Part shown: positions 12,165-24,100 of the stretch, piece after piece
How the letters are laid out: the number at the start of each line of letters is the position of its first letter
Position numbering within the stretch: the first letter of the stretch is position 1
NCBI RefSeq assembly: GCF_018977255.1
Contig: NW_024704742.1
Span: forward strand, 29,824,001-29,888,000
Direction: 5' to 3'
From: Callorhinchus milii
Taxonomy: Eukaryota
Length of the DNA stretch: 64,000 nucleotides
The notes under the pieces: generated by a model
Databases searched by the model: none
What the model saw: only the letters and a program-made list of their open reading frames with translations
Told to the model about the DNA's origin: nothing
Translations under genes and position numbers: made by a program

Positions 12165-14140
12165 AACAACAAAATTACATTTGTAAAGTGCCTTTCATGT
12201 CAGGAGGATATCCCAAGGTGCTGAACAGTTAGGGATCAGGACTCAAGCGTGTAGGGCCAAGGTTGGGATGATGGAGGGCAGAGAGGTAGGAGGATGGCTG
12301 AAGGCACAGTGGAAAAGGAGGGTCTTGAATCGTGCCTTGAAGGAGGCAAGGGAGGGAGCAAAGGGAAGGGATTTGGGGATGGAGTTCCAAAAGGTGGGGG
12401 CAGAGAGACTGAAAGCCTGGCCCCAATGGTACGGTGGGTTGGATGGGAGACATGGAGCAGGCTGGAGCCTGCTGAATGGATGGAACGGAAAGGTCAATAG
12501 GGGGTTAGCAGGTCAGAGAGGTTGGAGGGGGCAAGGCCGTGGAGGGCCTTAAAAGGGGGAACAAGAATTTTGAATTGTATCCTCTGAGGGATGGGGAGCC
12601 AGTGGAGCCAGGCGAGGGTGGGGCGATGGGGTCACAGTGGGTCATGGCATGGATATGGGGAGAAAGGATAGTTGTGGGTCGAACAAGATGCCCAGGTTCC
12701 TGACTGGCTTGGTGAGGTGGAATGTGCATTCTTGGATGGTGATGCTGCCAATGCCTGAGGTGCAGAGGCGCTGGCACTAGCCTATCAGGAGGACCTCGAT
12801 CTTGCTGACATGCAGCTTTAGAAAGTTGGCTCTCATCCAGTAGTTGATGTCTGACAGATAGTCTGTCAGGAAGTCAGTTGCCCTTGAATTGAGGGTGGAG
12901 GCAGAGAGATAGAGTTGGGTGTCATCCACGTACATGTGGAAGTTGGCCCCATGTGTGCGGATGATGTCACCAAGAGGGAGCATGTAGAGGATGAAGAAGG
13001 AGGGGACCAAGGACAGAGCCCTAAAGAACACCACATAAGACTGTGCGGGGGCTGGAAGAGAAACTGTTGCTGGATAGAACCTTGAAGGTTGAGGTCACAG
13101 GAGAGGCAGTGGAGGAGGATGGAGTGGTCCATCCTTCAACTCGAGCCTTCAACTCCCCTCTCGACTCTCTTCCCCCTCCTCGCTCCCTCCCTTCCCTCCC
13201 CTCACCCTGACCATTTCCCCCCTCCTTGCTCCCTCCCTTCCCTCCCCTCACCCTGACCATTTCCCCCCTGCTCGGGTCATGACCCAACTGTGCAGCGCCT
13301 TGGGACGTCCTCCTGACGTGAAAGGCGCTTTATAAATGGAATCTTGTTGTTGTTGTTGTCCACGGCAGCAGAGAGGTCGAGGAGGACGAGGAGGCAGAGG
13401 GAGCCCTGGTCACAGATGGACAGGATGTCATTTGTCACCTTGACCAGAGCAGCTTTTGTGCTGCTAGCAGCACGGAAACCCCAAGGGAGTGGTAGGAGAG
13501 GAAGGAGTGAAGCTGGGAAGCAACAACTCTTTCAAGGACCTTGGAAAGAAAAGAGAGGTTGGAGATGGGCCAGCAGTTAAATAGCAGAGATGGGTCCAAG
13601 GAAGGTTTTTTCAGGATGGGGGTGATTATGACTGTTTCTAGGGGGATGGAAATGCTGCCAGATGATAGGGAGAGATTGATGGTGTCAGAGAGTAGAGGGG
13701 CGAGGAGGTGGAGCTGGGAGTTAAGGAGAGGGTTGGGGATGGGATCAAGGGAGCAAGTGATGTGTTTCATGCTGGATATGATGGTGATGAGAGAGGGGGA
13801 AACAGGTTCGAAGATGTGGAAGGAAGCATGGGTAGAAGTCAGAGTTTGGGGGATGATGGGGAGGGATTGGCAGTTGGGAAGACAGAGGCAGTTGATTGGA
13901 TCCCTTCAATTTTGTACTCGAGGAAATTCAGCATCTCCTCACAGTCAGAGTTTGAGGAGAGAATGGGCGAGGCATGAATGGGTGGACGGACAAGCCGGGT
14001 TGGTGATGAAGAATAGGAGTCTGGGGTTGTCCTTCACCTCCAAGATTATCTTGGAGTAGAAGGACGATTTGGTGGAGGTGAGGGCGAAGCAGTACGTTTT
14101 GATGTGGTCCAGCTAGATCTGCCAGTGGACCATTAGATCA
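12165..14140 (-). mobile_element. Decayed L2-clade LINE (reverse-transcriptase region plus 3' tail), split by a younger insertion
   Basis: Fragments translate as TCSLDPIP, ITPILKKPSLDPS, PISNLSFLSKVLERVVA and [11 protein letters not shown]. (CAA)n tail near 12165. Confidence 0.9.
13133..13358 (+). mobile_element. Young 5'-truncated L2 3' end nested in the older L2
   Basis: Nearly identical to 30285-30490; ends GAAAGGCGCTTTATAAATGGAATC(TTG)n. Confidence 0.9.
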
Positions 14141-17099
14141 GATTTGACCCAGGTGTATTGGCGAGAAAAGCTAAGTAATCAGAAGTAAACGTAGATAATA
14201 ATAAGAATAATATCCTTGCGTTTGATATAGCAATCTTATCGCGTCTTCGAGACATCTCAAAGCGCTTCACAGAATATACTGTAAAGTGAATTGACTGTGT
14301 ATTTTGTAGGCAAAACTTGATAGCCAATTGCACGCAGCAGCTTCCCACAAACACTTGTGGATTGAGTGACCAATTTATTATTTATTTTTTAAAAAAAGTT
14401 AAGATAACTTTAACTAAAACATTGGGATGATAGGGAATACCTTTAGCAGTAAATTACAGAATAGCATTGCATTTCCCCCAACCAGGGCTCCTAATGTGTA
14501 GAACACAACCACCAAACACAGTCCACTGGCTCAATGGAATATTTCCATTGTCAGAAAGAAATGGCCCAAGTTACAGCTAGTGTGTGTGCAATCCCATTTG
14601 TTCCATATGAACTTTACTTTTGAATTTGGAATCAGAAGTTGATCTGCTGATTAGCACAAAACCTGAAACGCTGGCAGACTGGAGTTAAGGTGGAGTTAGT
14701 CGGCCTGACTCAAACCGGTGCTCTCTCTGCTCAACAAGTTGCATTGATATAGCATCCCTCACGCAGGGGTCCCATAGCGCTCGACAGTCACAAAGCATGA
14801 CTCCAAATTGCTCTTGTCTTGTCCTATGCTACCTTCAAGCACATGTATACAACTTGAAAATAATTCAAGCATGCCTTTGAGTAAGGGAACACATTTATTA
14901 TAGATGGACACTGTTGTTAGTAGCACATTTATGAACTTTCTGTTGAGGCCACAAGAGTAAAGCTGATCATCTAACAATAGCCAAACTCAAAAGAAAACAT
15001 ACCTCCTTGGCCTTGGGTTTCATATCACTTTTATACCAGGATCTCCCCACTCATGTCATGTGAAGCCAGTTCTTGGTATCCTAGTAGTCTCCTTGTTCTC
15101 ATGATAATGAAGCTGCTTCCCATTACATTGGGAGGGAGGGGGAAGAGAGACAGAATGCTCTAATCTTTTCAAACTAGTACCTTCAGTAGACAAACCAGTA
15201 ATCCAGCAGGAGCCTTTCCAGTGTCACAAACAAAACACGAAACAGAATATTTGTAAGATCCAGAGGACCCACAACATGGTTGTAAGACCACTTTGTCTTA
15301 AAATTTAATATTGAGCAGAATTGATTTTAAAAATTCTTACATTCACTCTTAATTTAGAAGATGGTTCTTCTCAAGTGCCGTGGAAAGCCAGCTTCCAAAT
15401 TAAGACTGAATTAGGTGGAATTCAGATCCTAGAACTTCGGTAAATACATTTAGAAAACTGTGAATTCAAATAATAACAATGCTTCATTTCATGTTGGGAG
15501 TATGACTCAAAGCATTTCACGTTGGGAGTATGACTCAAAGTGCTTCACAGGTTCTTACAACAACAACTCCCATTTATATAGCACCCTTCACACAAGGTAA
15601 TATCTTGGAGTGCTTAACAGTATCGGAGCCTGACGCTAAGGCGGGGGAGTTCACCTACAAAATACATAGTTACTACCTGTACTTGATGCTCAGTTGCAAT
15701 ACAGAGGCCTTTGGTCTATTGAGGGGCTGTGCCATGGCTTCCTGCACCACCTGCCGCCTTATACATTGACAGGATAGGGTGGGAGATCAATGCACAATTC
15801 TTCAATTGACCAGAAGTCTCTGCGGTGAATTTGAGCAGTGGCACCCAACCTCCACTGAGCGGCCAGCTACTGCAATCTTCTGCAGCTACACCACTCCTCA
15901 CCACCTGGCACCACCACCAGTGTTATGGTTGGGAACGCAAACCCTGCCCTCCTCACCTGCAGACGAGCTCCCCGCAGGTTTAGCTGACTCCCGCTCTGGG
16001 GTACGATGCAGGCATCTCAGTAGTGGGAGTGTGATCCCCACTCACTGCCCACTAACCCCATCACCCGCACTCCCACAGTCCACAATATCTACAGGTGTAG
16101 ACAAAACCAGGAGTATGTGGTCTGAGGTTTGGGGGATAACGTGAGACAAATCCTGAACCATAAGACCAAGTGTACTAGGTTTACTAAGTAAAATAAGTTG
16201 CCTCTCCCCCTGTATCTATTTGTCTGGGCTTTTTAAGTGTAGACGAGTCCAACAATACAGATTCCTTCTGGTTAAATATGTTCTGGAGGACTGTGTGGAA
16301 TCTGGTGAGGTAACGTGTGGAATCGGCAGCTGAGACTAAACACTTCACTTCTCGAAAGTGGACTTTTTTGCACTTGCAACAGAGTATAAAAAGCAGTTGT
16401 AGGCATGGGTAGTTATTCAAGTTTATCAGTAACAGAGTCTCATAGAAAAACATGGCCCATCACTGGGGAAATAATTAATTGATGTCCAAAAGTCAACAGA
16501 ACTGAAAAGGAGAATAAACGAGCTTGCAATGATTACAATATTTCAAGTATAACATGAAAGGCAATATATACTGAACAGGAAAGCCAAAGGGCATCAAAGA
16601 CATATCAAACATATACTGGCAGAATTACTGCACAATTTGTTCAAGTTAAAGGGTTAAGACGTTACTGACTCCATGCTGAGCCTGATGCCTGCTGAAGCTG
16701 TTAAGTGATAAAATAATGTTTGCTGTCTTCTGCGGTCATAAATAAATAATATCATAGCAATGTTTATAAAGTTTTCCCAAATAAGCAGCCAGCAATATGT
16801 GGTAAGGTATTGTAAATCTTGGCAAATAATGTTCTGTGCCTATAATTGCTTGCTGTTCTCTGAGTAAATAAATTAAATAGTGGCTTTCCGTCTCCTACAA
16901 GTCTTATCGTAGCAATGTCAGAACCTCATGCCTCATTCAAAGTCTGATAGGTCAGCTGTCTCTAATGCAGCCACAGGATTCAGTTACTGCATGAGGTTAT
17001 TCCTGCTTTGAAGGACAGGGATCAGATGGATATAGATGGAGGTGAGTCTAACTGGAGAGAGGATTGGCACATACATAATAACTTGAGAACTTGTCTTGT

Positions 17100-17510
17100 A
17101 CATAAGAACTTAAGAACATAAGAATTTGCAAGGCGAAAGAAAACCAAGGTCCATCCAGTTTGCCTTCCTGGCAGTCGCATTACAGTCGCGTGTCCCAAAC
17201 TATATATTGTGTCCCAAGATATTGTTTCCTAATAGAAATCCAACTAATTTGTTCTTGAAAGAATCAACACTTTCTGCTTCACCATCTCCCTAGGAAGTCT
17301 GTTCTACATGTTTACTATTTGCTCACTGCAGTAGTGTTTCCCCAGATTTGTTCTGAATTTACCACACTTCAATCTGATTCTTCAGTTCAGTCCAAGATAA
17401 AACAGCTCATCATGGCCTACATTATCCAGTCCCTTCACAATCTTATAGACCGTAATCATATCGCCCCTCAACCTTCTCTTCTCCAGGGAAGGACCGCTCT
17501 ACCCACTTTA
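17100..17510 (-). mobile_element. CR1-type LINE 3' fragment
   Basis: CATAAGAA-type terminal repeat followed by typical CR1 3' sequence. Similar relics at about 34420, 36540, 38390, 41490 and 54615. Confidence 0.6.
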
Positions 17511-19874
17511 CCACTGTAAGCCATTGAATCCACTTTATCTGTAGCGCAGTTCCCCAGATGACTCTTTCTTGACCAGAGGATTTATTAAATAGATTTGACA
17601 AATTTGTTCTGCGTCCGGAGTTCAGTGAATAAAATCATTCTTCAACTTGGAATGTATTACCTCCATATGTTATGAATTTCAAAAAATCAAAAAAAAAGCC
17701 ACCTGACTTCATTACATGAAGTAATCCACTCCTGCCCACCACAGCTGAAGAGCTGTCTAATCGATGTGCTTGCTATCCTGGTGCATAAACAGAAGTCCCC
17801 CCACCCCCATACACTCAATGTAGTTCCAGGATGCTGCCACTTCTAAGGTTTCAAGGGAGCAATAATGCTCCGAATATAGGGACCTAACTGTGAGGATTTA
17901 ACCATCCTTGTGTTCGATATAGCACCGTATCATGTCATCAAGATGTCTCAAAGTGCTTCACAGGATATTACTGTGTCATGTATTGATTGTGTATTTGTAG
18001 GCAAATGCAGCAGCCAATTTGTGTAGAACACTGTTCCACCAACAGCCATGAAGTGAGTGACCATTTTCTATCTGGGGGATTGTTGCTCAAGAAACTCCCT
18101 TCTCTTTTTGAGTAATGCCTTGAAATCTTTAAAGTCAATAGGTTGTTGTGTGGTCTTTGAACTTATGTGCCCCTCCCCACCCTTCCAAAGTTCCACTTAC
18201 AGGTGGGTGAAGGGATTCTTCCTATTTGATGTTAATCCTGCAAGCTGAAGCTCTTATGGGTACGGCAATCCTAGCTGAACAAACAGCGGGAAACATGCCA
18301 GTGCTTGCAACAGTAAGTTACGTAGTGTTAGCTGCTTAAACTCCAACAGTATCCCAATGCATATTCTGAGGTCCCCAGCTTTAGCTCTTGCAAACCTGCA
18401 CCTAAATGCTTCAGGAACTGACAAGCAGTGAGGTTTCCTCTGGGGAGAGAGTGTGCACTCCTACCAGACAAACAGCAACCACACATATGTGGAACTCTCA
18501 GTAATTTGGTTGGGATACTCTTAAGCATGATGATGGATTTCCACGTGTGCTAGACACTTGACTGACCAAAACAAAATTCCACCCTACTCGGGATTCTTTG
18601 ATTACTTTGATTACTCCACACAAAGCTCAGGGTCAGTCCTAGGGTTGACTGTTAATACAACAAATGTCTGGATTTAAGATATATGTTTCACAATAGCGGA
18701 TCCAATAGGTTATTTTTGACAAAATGTGCCTTTAACAAAATTTTACATTGTGAGCTTGTAACAGCCAATACACTAGAGCTAGCAAATAAATCAGGATAGA
18801 TGCAATATGTTCAACATATTTCACACAAAGGTTAGACCATCCAGAATTTGGTAAATTGTTGATTATTCACTTTGAACTATATTTTCCGTGGCTCTTAAAA
18901 AAAAACTGACTTAAAAATTAAGTATTTAACTTTAAGAATATGTCAATTTCTAAATAGTCTGAAATATCACAAATGTTAAATATAGTAAACACAGACTCGG
19001 GAAGAATTTTCCCTCGTATATGCCTATATAAATGTGAAAATGCAACATTTATTTACATAGACTAGTGTCTGCTTATCTGACTGCACCCAAGTTGGGGATT
19101 GGATTCGGGAGGGGTGGGGGCCAAGGGCGTGGTTGTGGGAAAATGACCCAAAGGCGCGGTCAAAGAGGAAGGCCTCGAGACGGACCTTGAAGTAGGCAAG
19201 GGAAGGAGCAAGACAAAGAGACTCTGGGATAGCGTTCCAGACAGTGGGGGCAGAAAGGATGAAGGCTCAACTGCCAATGGTGGTGCAAGGAGATGTTGGC
19301 GGTCAGCCGAGCAGAGGGAATGGACAAGTTGGTCGGGTTTTGGAGGTAGGGTGAGGCAAGACCGTGCAGGAATTTAAAAGTGAGGACAAGGATATGGAAC
19401 TCAATCCTCTGGGGGCTGGGAAGCCAGTGGAGCCAGGGTATAGGTTCAAGGAGGGCTTGAACCTATAATCATCTGATCCAGCGGTGAGAATGAACAAACT
19501 AAGCCAGGCTGACTGGATGAAATTTTACATTTATAATCGATGCTGCAACCAGCTCTTTGTATGGACTGAAATCTTACTTTATTGCTGTAGACCAAATCTG
19601 TAATGTACAGAATGTAACAGAGATTTTTCCACTCTGCATAGTCAATGCTCTACCGTGAGATCCATTTCTGGCACTCCTTTATCTAATGCAAGTTGTTGTT
19701 GCTGTTGTATCATGTACTGGAGAGCCACCTACTTGCCAAATTCTATTACAATTGAGGTCAAGCTGCCTTTAATAATTGCTATGGTTTCTGAGCCTGAGTA
19801 AATGTTTCCCAACTTCATTGCCAAGACTGTGGTTAGGAGTTTAAAATCTGTAGTTGGTTGCGAGGTTGACCTGT

Positions 19875-19995
19875 TCACATGAAGAGTCACACCAGAAACA
19901 TTGACCTGTCTTTCTTCTTCAGATGCTGGTGGACCTACTGTGTATTTGCAGCATTTATTTGTTTGCATTTCATATTTCCAACTTGGAGAGTTTTC
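19875..19995 (+). mobile_element. Degenerate single-arm copy of the Penelope-type repeat
   Basis: ATGAAGAGTCACACCAGAAACATTGACC...AGATGCTG...GACCTACTGTGTATTTGCAGCATT resembles 6465-6560. Confidence 0.55.
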
Positions 19996-20235
19996 TTTTC
20001 ATTTCTACAGATTGACATATATTGTGCTCTGCTGTAGTTGAACTTATCTGTTTTATGAATGTGGGCAATTAAAGGCTGTGGCCCCATGGCTTTGAACTTG
20101 TCCTCTTTATGAAAGTCTTGGTATAAGTCCAGGGCAATGTTTATGGTTGTCTTATAAAAAATTCTGTTGGAAATCTGCCTTTACACAGCTATTTTCACCA
20201 TTGTCCTACATATATATATAATATATGTATATAAA

Positions 20236-20556
20236 GTTAGCGCATTCGCAAGGCGAAACCTTAGGCATATTTCCTTGCTCCACACGCCTCTCCACATGGC
20301 TCTGTTTACCTAGCAGTAAGTAGGAACCCAGTTGTTAGTCGATTGGTGGATCGCTTTAATAATTCCGTCAAAAAAATAATTATAATAATTTGGACACTCA
20401 ATCCACGACTGTCTATGGGATACTGCTGTGTGCAATTGGCTGCCACATTTCACCCACAAAATACACAGTCAATTCACTTTATCAGTATATATTGTGAATT
20501 GCTTTGAGACATCTAAATGATATGGTAAGGAGATATATCAAATGCAAGGATTATTA
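20236..20556 (+). mobile_element. tRNA-head Deu-core SINE, long variant
   Basis: Contains CTCTGTTTACCTAGCAGTAAGTAGGAACCCAG, the core TGCTGTGTGCAATTGGCTGCC, and the tail ATCAAATGCAAGGATTATT. Confidence 0.85.
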
Positions 20557-20985
20557 AGCAAGGCAACCACAGTAGTTGCCAGCATCTCTAGGAGGGAAAG
20601 GCAATATTAACAATCTCTCAACTGTGCAGGGGACTGGATTCCAGTTCACTGTCTGCAAACCCCTCTTACAATCCGTTCCCACTCACACACTCACAGTGCC
20701 CACATTTTCCAATTACTCATATCTTCCTGGTCTCTCAGTTTCGACAGGCTGCAGAGTCTTTATTGATTCAGGCCTGGGGGGAAAAGAGAGCTCGGGGAGA
20801 GGGAGAGGGTTGGTTTACAGGTTTTCTCCCACGCAGGCTCTGTCCCCTCTCCGATATAGTGCAAGGTCCCTTTGGAGTGTCCCAGTCGCTTAGCAGGAGC
20901 CCACACTGCTGGTCCGAAAGTCTGTTCCACACAGTATGTTCGGATTTCTGTGTAGAGAACTAAGCAAGATCAAAAGTTTTGTATA

Positions 20986-21139
20986 CCCTGTGTAAACAAT
21001 TCCTTCATCTTCCTTCAGAACACCATAGTGCTCCGAGATGGACTTAGTCAGGTCAGCAACAAGCGGAATCTGCATTCTGCCAATTCCACCATGTTTACAT
21101 GGAGTGTTTCGTCCAAGCCAAGTGGCTGAAGTGAGAATC
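20986..21139 (-). pseudogene. Typical 2-Cys peroxiredoxin (PRDX1/2-like) pseudogene fragment
   Basis: Translates DSHFSHLAWT(+1 nt)NTPCKHGGIGRMQIPLVADLTKSISEHYGVLKEDEGIVYTG. It has one frameshift, and neither catalytic-Cys region is present. Confidence 0.9.
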
Positions 21140-24100
21140 TTCCTCTTCAGCTGTAATGTATGACCATGACATTATGTAGAAAGTTATCTACAGCATATGA
21201 TGTTCTGTGACATACATCGCACTCCCTGGAGGAGGCACAATTTACATATTGAGGTGCCTTTTCTGGCACGAGAATGTCACTGCACAGTAGATTTGCCATT
21301 TGAATACTTCTTAAGCCCAATGAGCTGCTGCTATGGGGATGGGATCACAGCTGAGCTACACCTATCCTCAGCTGATGTCCACACATTCAATTGCGACAAA
21401 AATGTGGGATTCCTTCATCTCCCAAGTGCAGGAATCTTGAACCTAATTGTAGAGTCCCTTTTGCTGCCCTGGTTGAGGTAAACAGGCTCAGCACAGAGCA
21501 GGACTCAGACCTAATGAACTGTTAAGAGGCAGGGGGAATCACCCTTGATCTGAAACATCTGCCTGCTGTTCTCTGTGATTATTTTCTTCTCAGATCCCTC
21601 TCCATCAACACCATGAAATGGTGCTTTGGTCGTGCTGTTGAAGATTATGTAAAATTTGCAAATGGAATTTTACCACCCATAATGTTGTTTCAACTAATAA
21701 GGTGCCACTCACTTGTCTGGTTTGGTGATGTTTCTTTCGCTGTTCATTTCGATAGGAAATCCAATATTATAAATAACAGTCGGCTCAGCTGGTCTGAGCT
21801 GCTGCATCGTTCAGATCACGTCATATTGGTGTTTGCAGCCCAGCCTCAGATGACCTTTCCACTCAGAAACTGAACTGCTGCGTTCAGGTGGAGCAGTGAG
21901 AAGAAGTGTGAATAAGTTAACAAGAAATTCCACCCTAGGCCCTTTCCCGCTCCCCTCCTCCAACCTCCACTCACTGAGGCTGAACACGTTGATAAAAGCC
22001 ATGGAGAGGTACACAATACCCTTCCTGTTTCTCCAGCTGAGATTTAGGAAGCATAGCCTGGGGAAAGCTACATATAGAAAAACTTGGCAGTGGGGGGAAG
22101 GAGTGTGTGAGTGAAATAAACACAATATTTTACTTAATATTTTGATTTCAAATATACGTAAGGCATTTAGGATTGCATGTGGTCAGCTTCCAGTGGCAGT
22201 CTCAGGTCATTCAGGGTCAGGGCTGGTATCAAACAGGAGAGTGAGCTTATTGACTTTGTCACCGCACTTTGTATTGTGTGAGAGACAGGATTGGGGGAGC
22301 GGGTCAGGGTGCGCATGTGGGGGAGGAAACAGCCTGCTGTTTGTGCAATGATAAAGTTCATACCAATGGCTTCACACTCGCAAAGTGAAAACAACAACCC
22401 AACAAAAACACAGGATTGCTCCTCCCTATTAGGATTCTTGCATTTTTTAAAAAAATCACTTAAAACAGTTTTAAAAAAACTTCACATTTACCCACTATCG
22501 TATATCAATGGTCCCTGCAGCTTACATATTTGCCAAGTAAGACATCCTGGCTTTGAATAACATTGACTAAGTTTCCTGCCGCCTATATCGACATAGCTCT
22601 TAGCTTGTCTTAACTGTGCATGTAATGATTCCATCTGACATAAAGCAGAACATCTCAGCAGGAAGGTAATGCTCTGAATGTAAAATGCTTACCCTCTCAT
22701 GTCTCCCACAGGCTAAGTTTTTAAACTAACACCAGACTCCGAAGAATAATCTTTTAGTGAAAGCTCTGCAGCCACAAACGGAACAAAATGCCATGAGAGC
22801 CAATGTACGTCTTGGATTTCTTCCAGTAGTTGTCGCTGGTCTACGCTCATGAGCAACAGGTGAAGATGATAGCAATGCTGTCACGCATTTCCTGCTGAGT
22901 CGTGTTGCCCACCAGGAAGCTCACAGGGAGTTCCTGGTACCTGCCATCGACCTAATGAGGGCTGAAACCCAAGCTTGTCGGATGTGAAATGACCAACTAG
23001 TCACTATCCTCCTTGGAGCTCAACTGACTCTGCAGTATTCTGCTGATGATAGCACAGCCAGTTTGGATTATTGGCAGCATTTGGCAGGACAAACCAGTTA
23101 CTGGGGGCAGGGATTCATACAACTCAGCTCTTGTTAACCCTGCAAGTTAAAGCCCTAACGGTTAGGGTGGTCCAAGTTGGACAAGCAGCTGTAAAGCTTG
23201 TCAGACAGTACTTTCAATGGCAAGCAAAGCACTTTTAGCTGGGGTCTACAAACCTCGGCTCTTGCCAACCTGTGTTTAACTCAACACTTCCCCAACTCAA
23301 ATTGGAAAAACTGAGGCTATCCTGCTCAGCTCCTGTCAGCGCCTCCTCATCTCAGGTGATGACCCTATCAACTCCTTGGATTGCTCCCTCCAACTCACTA
23401 AGCCTGAGTGGAACCTTGATATTTTGTTTGACCTTCCAGGCTCTGACCAACTCTTACCTTCAAATGCTTCCACAGGTTTGTCATCCCCCATCCCTCAATC
23501 TCCTGCGACTTTACTCTTGCAGCTAGTCCCTCCACTCCACCAACTCTGGCCTGCTTCATAGTCCTCACCCATTCTGCACCACTATCTACTACTACTATTA
23601 ATTTTGTATGGCAAGAGAAGTGATTAGCAACGTTCAAATAGCCAAATCCAGATTAGTGAGCCAGTGGGTAGCTTCAGAACTGGCTTTGGGTAAGTCTGAG
23701 ATGCAGCTGGTAAACTGCAGGACCAGCTCTATGTCTGCACCAACTTAGTGTGGAAGGTCTAAGTTCTTTAAAAAAACATGTGACTCTTTTTAAAGAGTTT
23801 TCAACGTGAACGACACTAATGTTGTTGTTATACAGGAAACTCATGCTGCTGACTCTGAGTGGGCTGCAAGATGTAAAATTCATGCCCCACCATGATGGAT
23901 GAGCTTTCAGCTTCTTTGCCTATTTTATCTGGAAATCTCATCCGACACCTCTCCGCTTCTCCCCTCTCTCACTGCTATGAAAATCCATCTAAAGACCTAT
24001 TAACCTGATTGTACCTTCAGCCGACCTCCCCAGTCTCCCTCCCAGCTTGGGCTCCCACGTCGTCTTTGCAAAGTACTTTGAGATATTCTCTTTACCTAAA

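Noticed and set aside
15485..15540. 28-bp direct duplication
   Set aside because: A local tandem duplication within a retroelement tail; no sign of function.
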